Positions 59,893 through 60,984 of a stretch of DNA of 60,984 bases are shown here, piece by piece. A program made the position numbers and the translations under genes. The DNA is from Patescibacteria group bacterium. GTDB taxonomy: Bacteria; Patescibacteriota; Microgenomatia; UBA8517. The notes below the pieces were generated by a model, which was not told the DNA's origin, made no database searches, and saw nothing but the letters and a program-made list of their open reading frames with translations. The stretch covers positions 1-60,984 of the forward strand of contig DASVCV010000005.1 in NCBI GenBank assembly GCA_036381415.1. Direction: 5' to 3'. The number at the start of each line of letters is the position of its first letter. Within the stretch, counting starts at the first letter, position 1.

Positions 59893-60429
59893 ATGGAAAT
59901 AAAAGAAGCAAATACTTCTAAAAATAAAGTCTTAGAAATAGGGCCAGGAAGACACAGGTTTGATAATCCAAACGAAGAAAGAGTTTATTTGGATGTAAAT
60001 GATCAATTTTTAGGAGGAAAAGGCAAGAATCTCCAAGCTGATGCAAGTAAAGGATCTTTGCCGTTTGGAGTTGGTGTTTTTGATAATGTGGAAGCAACTT
60101 TTCCAGATGGAACCGTTTTACGATCTTTAACTGGTTTGGCAAATACTAATTTGTGGCCAGAATTGCATAGAGTACTTAATGATGAAGGTAAGGCAACAAT
60201 TATCACTGAGGAAGATTATAGAAATCAGCAGGGTGAGATTTTAGTTGCAAAGCCACATTTAAAAGTGAAAGAAGCTGCAGAAGCCCAAGGATTTAAGGTT
60301 AATGTTGAGCAGCTAACTAAGGATCAAGTTTCTAAAATTGGTACTAATCAAATGATGGTTCACAGATATTTGTTTAGTAAAAATAGTAAGGATATTTCTC
60401 CTTTTTACAGAATTACAGCCAAAAAGTGA
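59893..60429 (+). CDS. Putative SAM-dependent methyltransferase-like protein
   Basis: VLEIGPG (motif I-like), YLDVN, L..VL...GK. Weak assignment. Confidence 0.35.
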   Translation: MEIKEANTSKNKVLEIGPGRHRFDNPNEERVYLDVNDQFLGGKGKNLQADASKGSLPFGVGVFDNVEATFPDGTVLRSLTGLANTNLWPELHRVLNDEGKATIITEEDYRNQQGEILVAKPHLKVKEAAEAQGFKVNVEQLTKDQVSKIGTNQMMVHRYLFSKNSKDISPFYRITAKK

Positions 60430-60441
60430 ATTTTCTTGGTT

Positions 60442-60984
60442 TTAAGAGGTTTGGATCAAAGTATCCAGTAATGATTGAATCTCATTTTGAATAACTATTG
60501 AAAACTCCTTGTCTATAAATGATGGACTAAACAGTTTTAAGTGAAGCTTTGTCACAGTTAAAAGCGATCTTGCTGCCTGCAGGTTTTCTTTGAAATTTAA
60601 TTTTTGAGCGAGCTCTATTTCAAGTCTAAGAAGGTTATATGTCTGTAGTTTTGTTATTTTTTTCTGATTCCAGGCATTTGCTAAATCTTCCAATAATGAC
60701 TCAAAGGTTGATTGTTGCGATATTTGCGGTGTTTCTCCAATTGTGATTTCGTATGTGTCTACTTCATTATTTGAGATTGATCTATTAAAGGAAGATAACT
60801 GAACTTCTCCATTTTGGTTGTAAAGGTAGGAGTCAAGCTGATACTGCCCAGTGGGTCCAGATATTTCAACCCTATATTCACCATATGCTGGTTTTGGATA
60901 CATAAAAGTATTTAAAGGAGTTCCACTTGTTTGAAGGCTAAAATTATCAGTAATAGGCTGAGAAGTAAATGAAAATCCTTCAAT
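60442..60984 (-). CDS. Hypothetical protein, N-terminus outside window
   Basis: The minus-strand frame upstream of track start 60903 stays open to nt 60984 (IEGFSFTSQPITDNFSLQTSGTPLNTF-MYPKP...). A beta-rich segment is followed by a helical tail. Confidence 0.5.
   Translation of the reverse strand: MEGFSFTSQPITDNFSLQTSGTPLNTFMYPKPAYGEYRVEISGPTGQYQLDSYLYNQNGEVQLSSFNRSISNNEVDTYEITIGETPQISQQSTFESLLEDLANAWNQKKITKLQTYNLLRLEIELAQKLNFKENLQAARSLLTVTKLHLKLFSPSFIDKEFSIVIQNEIQSLLDTLIQTS

Noticed and set aside
1-60984. Alternative genetic code (UGA recoding, as in some candidate phyla)
   Set aside because: Long intact ORFs are obtained with the standard code. TGA is used as a genuine stop at well-defined gene ends, e.g. 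27608-27610, 38579-38581 and 48543-48545.
1-60984. CRISPR arrays, prophage, transposons or integrative elements
   Set aside because: No regularly spaced direct repeats, integrase, transposase or recombinase genes, or terminal inverted repeats were noticed. The only tRNA (59075) is not flanked by an integrase or a duplicated 3' end.

Overview
AT-rich, very gene-dense bacterial chromosome segment read with the standard genetic code. Tiny intergenic spacers, many 1-4 nt start/stop overlaps, many GT-C/GT39- and DUF4012-type surface proteins and a compact division cluster suggest an uncultured, streamlined, monoderm-like lineage such as Patescibacteria/CPR; this placement is inference only. There are three blocks. 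(i) 1-27.6 kb is a ~25-kb single-strand operon for surface glycan or glycoconjugate assembly. It holds 6 GT2, 6 GT4, 3 SAM methyltransferases, a frameshifted hexapeptide acetyltransferase, a Wzx-like flippase, a Wzy/O-antigen-ligase-like protein, three GT-C-like membrane proteins, a short sugar-dehydrogenase-like protein, a GDP-mannose pyrophosphorylase, a small phosphoglycosyl transferase and a DUF4012 protein, and it ends in recO. (ii) 28-36.8 kb holds mixed-orientation small genes: a phosphodiester-glycosidase-like protein, TauE, a YkgJ-like protein, DUF1801, PEBP, TspO, a Cas4-like nuclease, glyQS and hypotheticals. (iii) 36.8-61 kb is the dcw cluster mraZ-rsmH-ftsL-ftsI ... ddl ... mraY-ftsW-murG-ftsQ-ftsA-ftsZ, interrupted by inverted peptidase and murF units. 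It is followed by an orphan DNA methyltransferase, a T-box-controlled ileS-rodA unit, rplU, rpmA, parB, lepB, tRNA-Val and small genes. The main non-coding signals are a recurrent -10 box placed 6-8 nt before start codons (leaderless transcripts), a complete T-box leader with an apparently ultrashort Stem I, AAAGTGG direct repeats (MraZ-box-like) upstream of mraZ, and a CGTGAAAA motif shared by three promoter regions. No CRISPR array, rRNA, transposase or integrase was seen. All functional calls rest on motif recognition by eye; no database search was possible.
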